This document shows, in pieces, positions 28,881-36,433 of a DNA stretch of 55,452 nucleotides (positions are counted from its first letter, which is position 1; each line of letters opens with the position of its first letter). The DNA is from a virus (lineage: Duplodnaviria > Caudoviricetes). Under the pieces are notes generated by a model. It saw only the letters and a list, made by a program, of their open reading frames with translations. It had not been told where the DNA came from and did not search any database. Made by a program: the position numbers and the translations under genes. Location: positions 1 through 55,452 of the IMG/VR virus record IMGVR_UViG_3300036859_000051; one strand, written 5' to 3'.

Positions 28881-29405
28881 TTACTTGTGATGTTTAGTCG
28901 GATGCGCAAACGCCGCAACCGCCGCGTTCGGATCATCATAGCGATCATCTGAAAGTGGTTCACCATGCGACGTAACAACGCCGTATTTGCCGCCCTTGAA
29001 CCGCGCCGTGAAGATTTGACCGTTATCGATCAATTCTTCTTTCTTCGCAACCTTGGGATTTTCAGGGTTGGCTTTCGCCGCGTCACCAATAGCCGTCGCG
29101 GGAAGCTGGTTGTTCTCAGCCTCGCTAATCGCGTTGGTCGAACCATGCGCACCGCCCGTATTGCCGGGCAGATTACGGCTAGGCGGATTGCGAGCGACAG
29201 GAACCAAACCGGGCGCGTCCGCTAGTTCAGGATCACCCGCGACTGAATTCAACACGCTGTCAGCCGTGGTTCCGAGATACACAGCGGCAACGGCCGGAAT
29301 ACGCGAACCACGCGCCAAACGCATGAAAGAAGGATCGAAAGAGCTTTCGGCGATTGTCGCCGGTCCTTTTTCACCAACGATGGTGACTTCGTTACGTGAC
29401 AACAT
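28881..29405 (-). CDS. Small head-region protein, paralog of 27039..27401
   Basis: IAESSFDP motif; SD AAGG. Confidence 0.75.
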   Translation of the reverse strand: MLSRNEVTIVGEKGPATIAESSFDPSFMRLARGSRIPAVAAVYLGTTADSVLNSVAGDPELADAPGLVPVARNPPSRNLPGNTGGAHGSTNAISEAENNQLPATAIGDAAKANPENPKVAKKEELIDNGQIFTARFKGGKYGVVTSHGEPLSDDRYDDPNAAVAAFAHPTKHHK

Positions 29406-29481
29406 TTGTTTCGCCTTTTTATTCGTTGAAGCGGGGGATTTGTTAAACGTCCGAAATCCATCAATGTTCCAAACGAACCGC

Positions 29482-29510
29482 TTGACATATCATCGCGTCG
29501 GGCATATCTT
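29482..29510 (+). promoter_or_regulatory. sigma70-type early promoter (repeat family)
   Basis: TTGACA-17-TATCTT with CGCGTCGGGC spacer. Confidence 0.75.
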
Positions 29511-29538
29511 GGACGGGTCAACATGAAAGGGATTGACT

Positions 29539-29784
29539 ATGTTCCTCAAACTTCACAAGCGAAACGGATACGGTTCCGAGAGTGCCAAGGGCACGCCTGT
29601 TTTGGTCGAAACGACGAATATAATTCGCGTAACTCCAATCAACACCGGCGGTTCGATTATCCTATGGATTGGCGACGAGACTTTGGAAGTTTACGAAAGT
29701 CTCGATACGATTTTTAACGCGTCCGGCGACGAACTCGAAAACCTCATTCAAGGTGAAATCGGATCGGTGAACCGCGATGGCTAA
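29539..29784 (+). CDS. Hypothetical protein (island 2)
   Basis: SD AAGGGA; V.ES...I motif. Confidence 0.75.
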   Translation: MFLKLHKRNGYGSESAKGTPVLVETTNIIRVTPINTGGSIILWIGDETLEVYESLDTIFNASGDELENLIQGEIGSVNRDG

Positions 29785-30040
29785 AGAACGCTTCAATATC
29801 ACCTTGTTGTCGGCATTCAACAATCGTCGCAGCCTTGGCGAAGCAACCAAAGCGCCGACCGATCCGGACGATCCGGCGCCCGATCTAACCTTGATCGTCG
29901 CGGCGAACCTCGCTTACAATGAACACCCGCGCAAGTTGTGGCGTGAATACTCATACGAACAACAAGCGATGTATATCAGCAACGCAACGTTTTTGATCGT
30001 CAACATTCTGCGTTGGACGCGCGAATACGGTTACAACTGA
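29777..30040 (+). CDS. Hypothetical protein (island 2)
   Basis: Overlap-coupled ORF. Confidence 0.7.
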   Translation: MAKERFNITLLSAFNNRRSLGEATKAPTDPDDPAPDLTLIVAANLAYNEHPRKLWREYSYEQQAMYISNATFLIVNILRWTREYGYN

Positions 30041-30042
30041 CC

Positions 30043-30234
30043 ATGCGCGCGATCATCGAAGTCAAGACGTGGGACGGCAAAAACGATCAACGCGAAGTCA
30101 CCGGCTTCAACGTCGCGGATTGTTTGAACAAGGTAGTTCCCGCGCTCGATACAATGTCGGATCATGTATCGATGGAATGGACCACCGTCCAAATTACCAT
30201 CACACGACCGGTTCCATTCTCACGAAGCAAATGA
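30043..30234 (+). CDS. Hypothetical protein (island 2)
   Basis: Tight packing up to the terminator. Confidence 0.65.
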   Translation: MRAIIEVKTWDGKNDQREVTGFNVADCLNKVVPALDTMSDHVSMEWTTVQITITRPVPFSRSK

Positions 30235-30261
30235 AAAACGGGCGGTCATTGACCGCCCGTT
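30235..30261. terminator. Terminator between the capsid gene and island 2
   Basis: AACGGGCGGTCA-T-TGACCGCCCGTT palindrome, T tract on the minus strand. Confidence 0.8.
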
Positions 30262-30286
30262 CCGCCCCTAGTTGCGTTGACCGTGA

Positions 30287-31531
30287 TTAGCCAAGCAACA
30301 GCGCGATATGCTCACGCTTCGTCGCTTCAACGCCCCAAGCCGCCGCGACTTCATACCGAACCTTGCGGTATCCGGCATAAACGCGAACTTCGAACACCAA
30401 GCCGGAGCGCGGATCGACAAGCATCATGCTGTCAATTGCCGCGTCACCACCGCTCGGAAGGGCGGGCGGGCGGATGGCGAGTTGCATCGCATTCGGAGTG
30501 AACGCAACGTTCGCGTCGTAGCTGTTACCAACGGTGATTGCCGTGGTTGACGCAGGGATCGCGACACGCAAACCGGGTTCGGCAATCACGATGTTGCCGC
30601 CGTTCGAAACATCGGCGTCACCAGTGACCACAACGTATTTATTGGTATCACCAGCGAATGTGATCACGTCGCCCGCAACAATCGTTCCCGTACCGGCCGA
30701 TGCGAGCGCGATGGTCGTCGCACCAACAGCGAAACCAGCGTTTGTGGTCGTTGCCGACGCGCCGGTTCCCTTGGTATGGTGAACCGCCTGCGCGCTTTCC
30801 TTGATGTTGATACCGGAAAGGTTGATCAACGTGCCATCCGTCAAGGTCATTGACGTTCCGGCTTCGTTGGCTTTGGTCAACTGCGTCAGTGAACGCAGAT
30901 TGGCGCCCATCGACGTATTGCCGACCAACTGCCGCCCCGTACCCGGAGCGCCGTTGTCATCAAGGATTTTGCGGACCTGTGCGGCGTCGCCAACGCCGGG
31001 TGTCGCGCCGAACGGTGCGGTTCCGGCGATACCATAGGCACGCGACGCGTTTGCCGCAGCTTCGACGGCCAAATCACTTTCGATTTCGTTGACGATCCCG
31101 CGCAACGCTTGGGCAAACATGTCCGCCTGAACGGACAATGCGCCGGGACCGTTGGCGTTCAGTCCCTTTTCTTCCTCGCCGACGAAACCGAATTCGTAAG
31201 CGCGCGACTTGCTGATGGTCATTGTCCCATAGTCAACCGTCTGATCGGTTGGTTCGGGGATCGCCATCGCAGGCGTGATGTTGACGCCGTTCGCGGCGCG
31301 GGTCTTGTGATATTTGACCGCCTGCCCAACCGCCGCACGCTCGGCACCCGAGTTACGCGAAACGGAAGGGATGAAGCCGACAAGTTCACGAGACACCACG
31401 TCAAGACCAGCGTACAGATCGGGGATTAGCCCGGTCAACGTGTTGGCGTGGAAGGCGATGGGTTCGACGGCAAGCGCCGAAGTGGAAAGCGCCGCGAGCG
31501 TGATCGCGGCAAGTAGAGTGTGCGAGCGCAT
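30287..31531 (-). CDS. Major capsid protein (P22-coat-like) with N-terminal leader
   Basis: ANTLTGLIPDLY..LDVVSRELVGFIP, DP.SGL.FEV..Y, AAWGV; SD GGGG before ATG 31531; biased codons; own terminator. Confidence 0.9.
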   Translation of the reverse strand: MRSHTLLAAITLAALSTSALAVEPIAFHANTLTGLIPDLYAGLDVVSRELVGFIPSVSRNSGAERAAVGQAVKYHKTRAANGVNITPAMAIPEPTDQTVDYGTMTISKSRAYEFGFVGEEEKGLNANGPGALSVQADMFAQALRGIVNEIESDLAVEAAANASRAYGIAGTAPFGATPGVGDAAQVRKILDDNGAPGTGRQLVGNTSMGANLRSLTQLTKANEAGTSMTLTDGTLINLSGINIKESAQAVHHTKGTGASATTTNAGFAVGATTIALASAGTGTIVAGDVITFAGDTNKYVVVTGDADVSNGGNIVIAEPGLRVAIPASTTAITVGNSYDANVAFTPNAMQLAIRPPALPSGGDAAIDSMMLVDPRSGLVFEVRVYAGYRKVRYEVAAAWGVEATKREHIALLLG

Positions 31532-31616
31532 GGATAGCCCCATTTGAATGGATTGATGATTGCGGCATCCACCGCGAGCGCCGCAGATCATCCGATCAAT
31601 GCGGCTCCAAAAGATG

Positions 31617-31666
31617 CTAACATGTTAGTTGTTATTCGCGAGATTATGTCAAGCAATCTCGCGAAA
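31617..31666 (-). promoter_or_regulatory. Putative capsid promoter/operator
   Basis: TTGACA (31647-31652) inside an 11-bp inverted repeat; palindrome CTAACATGTTAG at 31617-31628. Confidence 0.55.
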
Positions 31667-31672
31667 AAATTG

Positions 31673-32611
31673 TTAACTCGCGAAGGCGAGCGCGGACCAA
31701 GTTGGTTGCGCTTTGGTGCCCACATTCATGTAAAGCACCTTACCAGTGATATCGGTATAGCGCGAACCCGGCCCGGCGAACCCTTCACCGGTCGCGACGG
31801 GATCACCATCGGTGTAATTGACCGGCGCACCCGATCCGAGAAGTTCGCAAACATCACCAACCGAGAAGCGCAATTCAGCCTTGTCAACGGTGAATGGTTC
31901 GCCATCGTCGGTGTAATGCGGCGAACCATCGTCTTTCAAATCCAAACCGTAATCAACACCCGATCCGGCATTGTTGTTGAGCATCCGGACGCCGAACGCA
32001 GACTTCGCGCGCGTGACGGATGATGGATCATCGCCATCGATCACAGCGGCAACGATGGCATCGGCACCAACCGATCCGTCCATGATAATTCCCATCAACG
32101 CGGCAGTCGGATAATCCGACGCGTGCGCAACGACGGAATACGCGCCGACCATACCGCCTAGATAGTTGCCTTCACCGGCAATTGCGTCACCCATGATGTT
32201 GCCCATCATCGGCGCAAGAAACTTTGGATCGGTGCCGTCGTTGGAACCTGCATCATCGGCAACGGTCAAATCGGCGGCAATGACCTGATAGCTTTCGCCG
32301 GTTCCATCATACTCAACTGCTTGTTCGCTCGATGCTGCAACAGCTTCGGAGCTTGTTGGAAAATCAACAGCCGCCTCGCTCCAATCGACCGATCCGTTTT
32401 CAACGACAATGTCAAACCGCTGACGCGATGAATATGGTCCGAACGTGGCGGTTTCACCGGCCGCGATACTTGTCGGGCGACCGGGTTCCTCACCCGATCC
32501 GGAACCGAGTGCCCACACCTTTGCAGCGGACACAGCGGCGGCAACAACGGTCAACTGCCGCGTTGCCTCCAATGTAACGACTTCATGCGAATTCTGTCGG
32601 ATTGTGGTCAT
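31673..32611 (-). CDS. Acidic putative head decoration/fibre protein
   Basis: Between scaffold and capsid genes; FGPY motif; GS.YTD.T...LY.N.GT...PTW tail; SD AAGGGG. Confidence 0.6.
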   Translation of the reverse strand: MTTIRQNSHEVVTLEATRQLTVVAAAVSAAKVWALGSGSGEEPGRPTSIAAGETATFGPYSSRQRFDIVVENGSVDWSEAAVDFPTSSEAVAASSEQAVEYDGTGESYQVIAADLTVADDAGSNDGTDPKFLAPMMGNIMGDAIAGEGNYLGGMVGAYSVVAHASDYPTAALMGIIMDGSVGADAIVAAVIDGDDPSSVTRAKSAFGVRMLNNNAGSGVDYGLDLKDDGSPHYTDDGEPFTVDKAELRFSVGDVCELLGSGAPVNYTDGDPVATGEGFAGPGSRYTDITGKVLYMNVGTKAQPTWSALAFAS

Positions 32612-32675
32612 GGGCCGCCCCTTTTGATGATCCATCCGGGTTAAGCGCTTCGTTTGAAAAAGTCAAACAAAGCTG

Positions 32676-32704
32676 TTGACAACCTATCGCGTCGACCGTA
32701 TATA
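32676..32704 (+). promoter_or_regulatory. sigma70-type early promoter (repeat family)
   Basis: TTGACA-17-TATATA with CGCGTCGACCG. Confidence 0.85.
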
Positions 32705-32731
32705 AAACGCATTGAAAACGGAGCCTCCGCC

Positions 32732-33013
32732 ATGAGCATCAAACCAACAATCATCTGGAAAAAGAAAAACGGACCGGGTCATTTCGCCGTTCTCGGGACG
32801 ATCCGCGTCGGCGCAACCGAACGATCCATTACCAAAGGGCATCTTTGGACGTGTTCCGTTATTTTGCCCGGTATCGCGATTGGTGGAGCTTATCGATATC
32901 ACACCAACGAAACGGACGCGCAAAAGATCGTTGAACTTGCGATCAACAAATGGTTCGCCGCAATCGAGCCGTCGCTCACCGTTATCAAAGAAGCGGAAGA
33001 AGCCGATGACTAA
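32732..33013 (+). CDS. Hypothetical protein (island 3)
   Basis: SD GGAG after promoter. Confidence 0.75.
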   Translation: MSIKPTIIWKKKNGPGHFAVLGTIRVGATERSITKGHLWTCSVILPGIAIGGAYRYHTNETDAQKIVELAINKWFAAIEPSLTVIKEAEEADD

Positions 33014-33203
33014 AAGCTACGAACAAGCGTTTCTCGAAAGTCTCGCGTCCGAATATCAAGAGGACGCCGCGCAAGCATATCGTGAATTCGAAATCATAAG
33101 AGAACGGCAACCATATCGAACGCGCCAACTAATCACGTATCAACAGATCACGCGCTATCGGTATGCCGAAGCAAGAAAGACATTATGGAAATGTCTAGGA
33201 TGA
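33006..33203 (+). CDS. Hypothetical protein (island 3)
   Basis: Overlap-coupled ORF. Confidence 0.7.
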   Translation: MTKSYEQAFLESLASEYQEDAAQAYREFEIIRERQPYRTRQLITYQQITRYRYAEARKTLWKCLG

Positions 33204-33529
33204 TTAAACCCACCTTCGCGATGTTCGTTGAATATTGCGAACAACGAAAACTACCCACGTCCGAATGGGTGTTTGAACCCGGCATCCGTATTTACGTCCG
33301 CAAGGGTTGGCGTCCGCGACATGGCGATTATGTTCTAGCGAACATGGAAGCGACGACACCCGGCAAAGGTGCGTTGACCAAATTTCTCGATACATGGGAA
33401 CCTAAATACCAATTCAGTGTCGAGCAAATTCTAAACGAACGCTTGATCCCTTATTTCGAGCGTCGCGGCTACGTTTACGAAAGCGGCAAGTTCCCCGGCT
33501 CACTTTGTATGATCGGCCCGAAATCATGA
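33200..33529 (+). CDS. Small GNAT-fold-like protein (island 3)
   Basis: LANME...PGKG.LT..L and N.RL..YFERRGY resemble GNAT motifs A and B. Confidence 0.5.
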   Translation: MIKPTFAMFVEYCEQRKLPTSEWVFEPGIRIYVRKGWRPRHGDYVLANMEATTPGKGALTKFLDTWEPKYQFSVEQILNERLIPYFERRGYVYESGKFPGSLCMIGPKS

Positions 33530-33807
33530 ACCCCGATGCGCGATATCATTGGATCGAAGAATATTTAAGAAATCGATCACACAACGATTTTGTTGATGTT
33601 CTAAATCGCGACTTCGTTGACGATTACGCGCGAGCGACAGGCGTCCCGTTAATGGTGCAAATGTATGGCGCCGCGAAATGCCCAACACTCGGGCGTGACC
33701 TAGCACACATGGCGAAAAATAATCGCCTGCGTCGTTCGCGTAGCGGTATCGAAGGAATGGCGGGAATGGGGTTTCCGCGTTGGGTTTGGATTTACAGATT
33801 ACCATGA
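33526..33807 (+). CDS. Hypothetical protein, possible winged helix (island 3)
   Basis: ATGA overlap; L..M....L.R...W...Y.L ending. Confidence 0.65.
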   Translation: MNPDARYHWIEEYLRNRSHNDFVDVLNRDFVDDYARATGVPLMVQMYGAAKCPTLGRDLAHMAKNNRLRRSRSGIEGMAGMGFPRWVWIYRLP

Positions 33808-34025
33808 TGACCGGTTTCGCTGTTGTCGACATGCTCACTCGTCGCGTAATCATCGAATGCTTCACACTCGAAACGCTCGATCTGATCATGGCAGGTCGCA
33901 ATGCACAGTTCATCGCGATCATGACGGACGCCACGGTTTATAATCCGCCACTGAGTTTCAATGAAATCTTCATCGGTGTTAATTGGTTGAAGAATTTTCG
34001 GGTCTTGACAGATCGACCGCGTTGA
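33804..34025 (+). CDS. Hypothetical protein (island 3)
   Basis: ATGA overlap. Confidence 0.55.
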   Translation: MMTGFAVVDMLTRRVIIECFTLETLDLIMAGRNAQFIAIMTDATVYNPPLSFNEIFIGVNWLKNFRVLTDRPR

Positions 34026-34033
34026 GATATAAT
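34005..34033 (+). promoter_or_regulatory. Perfect-consensus sigma70 promoter (repeat family)
   Basis: TTGACA-17-TATAAT; spacer contains ATCGACCGCGT. Confidence 0.9.
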
Positions 34034-34064
34034 CAGCGCGTCGAATTGGAAAGGAACCACGAGA

Positions 34065-34337
34065 ATGTCAATCACAATCGTTCAGGGTAAACCGGCGAAG
34101 TCGCACAATGGCGAAGCGTACTCAACGCGTCGCATGGGAAAAGTAATCCCGCTTATTGATCGCACTTGGAACGAACTCACCAAAGCGCAACAAAGCAGCG
34201 TTTTATTCGGCGATGGTTGTGGGCATCCGAGCAACCGTCCTAAGTCGAGCGCACAAGCTCGCAAATGGATTTACACGGTACGCACCGATACCGGCACAAT
34301 CTACGGTCACAATCCGGGTTGGGGGTTCGCACTATGA
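34065..34337 (+). CDS. Hypothetical protein (island 3)
   Basis: SD AAGGA after promoter. Confidence 0.75.
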   Translation: MSITIVQGKPAKSHNGEAYSTRRMGKVIPLIDRTWNELTKAQQSSVLFGDGCGHPSNRPKSSAQARKWIYTVRTDTGTIYGHNPGWGFAL

Positions 34338-34579
34338 GACTAATCCGCATTCCAAAAGTTTTCTACAACGATCACGTTGCGCGCGATCTTCCGGCGCCAC
34401 CTATCGAACGCAAAACCCGTCGTCATTACTACATCGATTGCGATCATCCTCATATTGGTGAATTGGAGGATGACGCGGTCCATTACTCGGACGCAACGAC
34501 TTGGGGAAACGGAATAGAGCAAGGCGGGATCGAACGTTCCGCCCGCGCTACACTAAACGCGATCCGTGAGGCGGGTTGA
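34334..34579 (+). CDS. Hypothetical protein (island 3)
   Basis: SD GGGGG, ATGA overlap. Confidence 0.7.
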   Translation: MRLIRIPKVFYNDHVARDLPAPPIERKTRRHYYIDCDHPHIGELEDDAVHYSDATTWGNGIEQGGIERSARATLNAIREAG

Positions 34580-34679
34580 TGCGCTCCCGCCGATCATTCG
34601 CAATTCGTTGGGGATTATGCCGAAGCGACATGCTCGCATGGGCGGTTCGCGGTCGACAAACTTTTCGTTGAAATAGCTG

Positions 34680-34741
34680 TTGACAATCGACCGCGTCGAC
34701 CGTATATAACAATCATTGACGCGGCAATCCCGCCGCGTCAA
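34680..34741 (+). promoter_or_regulatory. sigma70-type early promoter plus leader stem-loop
   Basis: TTGACA-17-TATATA; 10-bp stem TTGACGCGGC/GCCGCGTCAA at 34716-34741. Confidence 0.85.
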
Positions 34742-34758
34742 AACCGGAGGGTCCGCCC

Positions 34759-34932
34759 ATGTTCGCAGTCCGTTTCGTCATCGTTGCCGTTTCCACCGAC
34801 GGTTCGGAGCTTGAATTGTTCCGTTGGACGCGTGACGCAACGTCGGGCATCGAACGCGCCAAGCGCGAAGGCGTTCAGTTTTTCGGCGAAGCATGGCTAG
34901 CCAGTGTAACCATCATCGCGCGGGAGGTATGA
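34759..34932 (+). CDS. 57-aa hypothetical protein (below the ORF-track cutoff)
   Basis: SD GGAGG; MFAVRFVIVAVSTDG...IIAREV; follows promoter. Confidence 0.75.
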   Translation: MFAVRFVIVAVSTDGSELELFRWTRDATSGIERAKREGVQFFGEAWLASVTIIAREV

Positions 34933-34936
34933 GCGG

Positions 34937-35245
34937 ATGCAACTTAATTGGCTCACCATTTGCCCGTCGAATTCCCGCGAACATTTGGTTCGCGGGACCG
35001 AACTAGAAATGGCATTTGTGCCGGGCACTGCGTCACGTCTTGCGATCTACACCGTTCGCACATACGACCGCGACGGTTACGACGTGCGGTATCGTGTCCG
35101 CGATGCTGGCAGGATTTCGGACGCCGACGTTCGCGCGGGTAAGCGCCCGCCCATCATCGGCGAATTTGCCACGATGGATGAATTAGAAATCGCGATTGAA
35201 AACACGCGCAAAGCGCATCCAGAAGCTTTTCAATTTCCCGATTGA
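34937..35245 (+). CDS. Hypothetical protein (island 3)
   Basis: SD GGAGG. Confidence 0.75.
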   Translation: MQLNWLTICPSNSREHLVRGTELEMAFVPGTASRLAIYTVRTYDRDGYDVRYRVRDAGRISDADVRAGKRPPIIGEFATMDELEIAIENTRKAHPEAFQFPD

Positions 35246-35270
35246 CAATCGACCGCGTCGACCGTATATA
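35242..35270 (+). promoter_or_regulatory. sigma70-type early promoter (repeat family)
   Basis: 29 bp identical to 34680-34708. Confidence 0.85.
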
Positions 35271-35297
35271 TCGGGTATCAACAACGGAGTAAATGAA

Positions 35298-35612
35298 ATG
35301 TCCATCGGTTTTCGCGCTTACTTCTTTGATACCAACGGGGTTGAATTGTCCAAGCATCCGCTGAATGGCATGACGTGGTGTCAGACTTTTGGCTCACCCA
35401 AGATCAATGGTACGTTCTGCCATACGCGCCGGACGGGCGTTCGGATCGCGCGTTACGCGGATTTGAAGGGAACCAAAGGTGAAGTCACCTTAACTCCGGC
35501 CAACGTTCGCGAATACTTCGGCAACGTTGAACGTGTCGGTGTCAAAGTTTGGTACAGCCCGGAAAGCTCCGAAAAGTTCTGGATTTACGCTGATCCGGAA
35601 ACCAAGGCATAA
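35298..35612 (+). CDS. Hypothetical protein (island 3)
   Basis: SD GGAG after promoter. Confidence 0.75.
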   Translation: MSIGFRAYFFDTNGVELSKHPLNGMTWCQTFGSPKINGTFCHTRRTGVRIARYADLKGTKGEVTLTPANVREYFGNVERVGVKVWYSPESSEKFWIYADPETKA

Positions 35613-35667
35613 ACCAATCCTCCGCGAGCCGGGGCGCGTCGTCCCCGGCAGAAAGGTTCACTCCAAC

Positions 35668-36156
35668 ATGAGATACAACGATCAATCAACCGACGTGACA
35701 CGTTGGACGACGACCAAGCTCTTTCGTCGGCTTCGCGAGACTGCCAATCTCACCACGTTTGGCGTAGATCAGAACGAAATCGCCGCGACTTACAAAGTCG
35801 GCTGGCACGATCAAGTCAACAAGGATCAACCACGCATTGACGATTTCATTCGCGAACAAACCCGCGTTTATCGGCAGTCATGGCTTGATCCGATCATTGA
35901 CGAACTTGAACGTCGCTTTGGAGCGTCACCGGCAACCGTGTTGACCACACAGGTTCGCATCATTGCTTTGACCGGTGAGCGCCTTCCGAACGGTGAATAC
36001 AGTGCAAGGTTTTTCGTTCGAGGGATGAAAGGTGACACCCCTTACAATGCATTTGGACCGGGCGTTGAATTCGACACTCACGAAGCCGCCGAAGCTGCGA
36101 TCATAACTCACAACAAAGAAATGCCTGAACGTCAATTGGATTTGGTGAAGCCATGA
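35668..36156 (+). CDS. Hypothetical protein (island 3)
   Basis: SD AAAGG after hairpin 35628-35649. Confidence 0.75.
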   Translation: MRYNDQSTDVTRWTTTKLFRRLRETANLTTFGVDQNEIAATYKVGWHDQVNKDQPRIDDFIREQTRVYRQSWLDPIIDELERRFGASPATVLTTQVRIIALTGERLPNGEYSARFFVRGMKGDTPYNAFGPGVEFDTHEAAEAAIITHNKEMPERQLDLVKP

Positions 36157-36359
36157 CTGACCCTGCCAACAAACCACCACCGAACAATGCCGGACGCCGA
36201 CAAGTCGATACAATCGACTTTACACCGAAGTGGCGAAGCATCCTACCAATGTTGTTGGTCACATTGCGTGATGGCACGCCAGAAGGTCAACGGATGGCAA
36301 CGGAAGAACTAGAGCGGATGGCCGATGCTGCCGACGCTCATTTGAAGGCAACCAAATAA
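36153..36359 (+). CDS. Hypothetical protein (island 3)
   Basis: ATGA overlap; TID.TP.W..IL...EL.RMA..AD. Confidence 0.7.
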   Translation: MTDPANKPPPNNAGRRQVDTIDFTPKWRSILPMLLVTLRDGTPEGQRMATEELERMADAADAHLKATK

Positions 36360-36398
36360 AATAAGAAACGGGGCGACCCCTCCGCCGAAGTCGCCCCG
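36360..36398 (-). terminator. Terminator between the scaffold gene and island 3
   Basis: CGGGGCGAC/GTCGCCCCG stem with T-rich tail on the minus strand. Confidence 0.7.
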
Positions 36399-36433
36399 CC
36401 ATTGACACGCACGCTGAAAGGTAAGCGGCGCCG

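Noticed and set aside
34579-34676. 14-bp match CCGCCGATCATTCG to about 7281 and a 30-codon ORF
   Set aside because: Too short to separate from chance; at most a gene relic
34680-35270. 29-bp direct repeats as CRISPR repeats or att sites
   Set aside because: They are 562 bp apart, match sigma70 promoters, and no integrase is present
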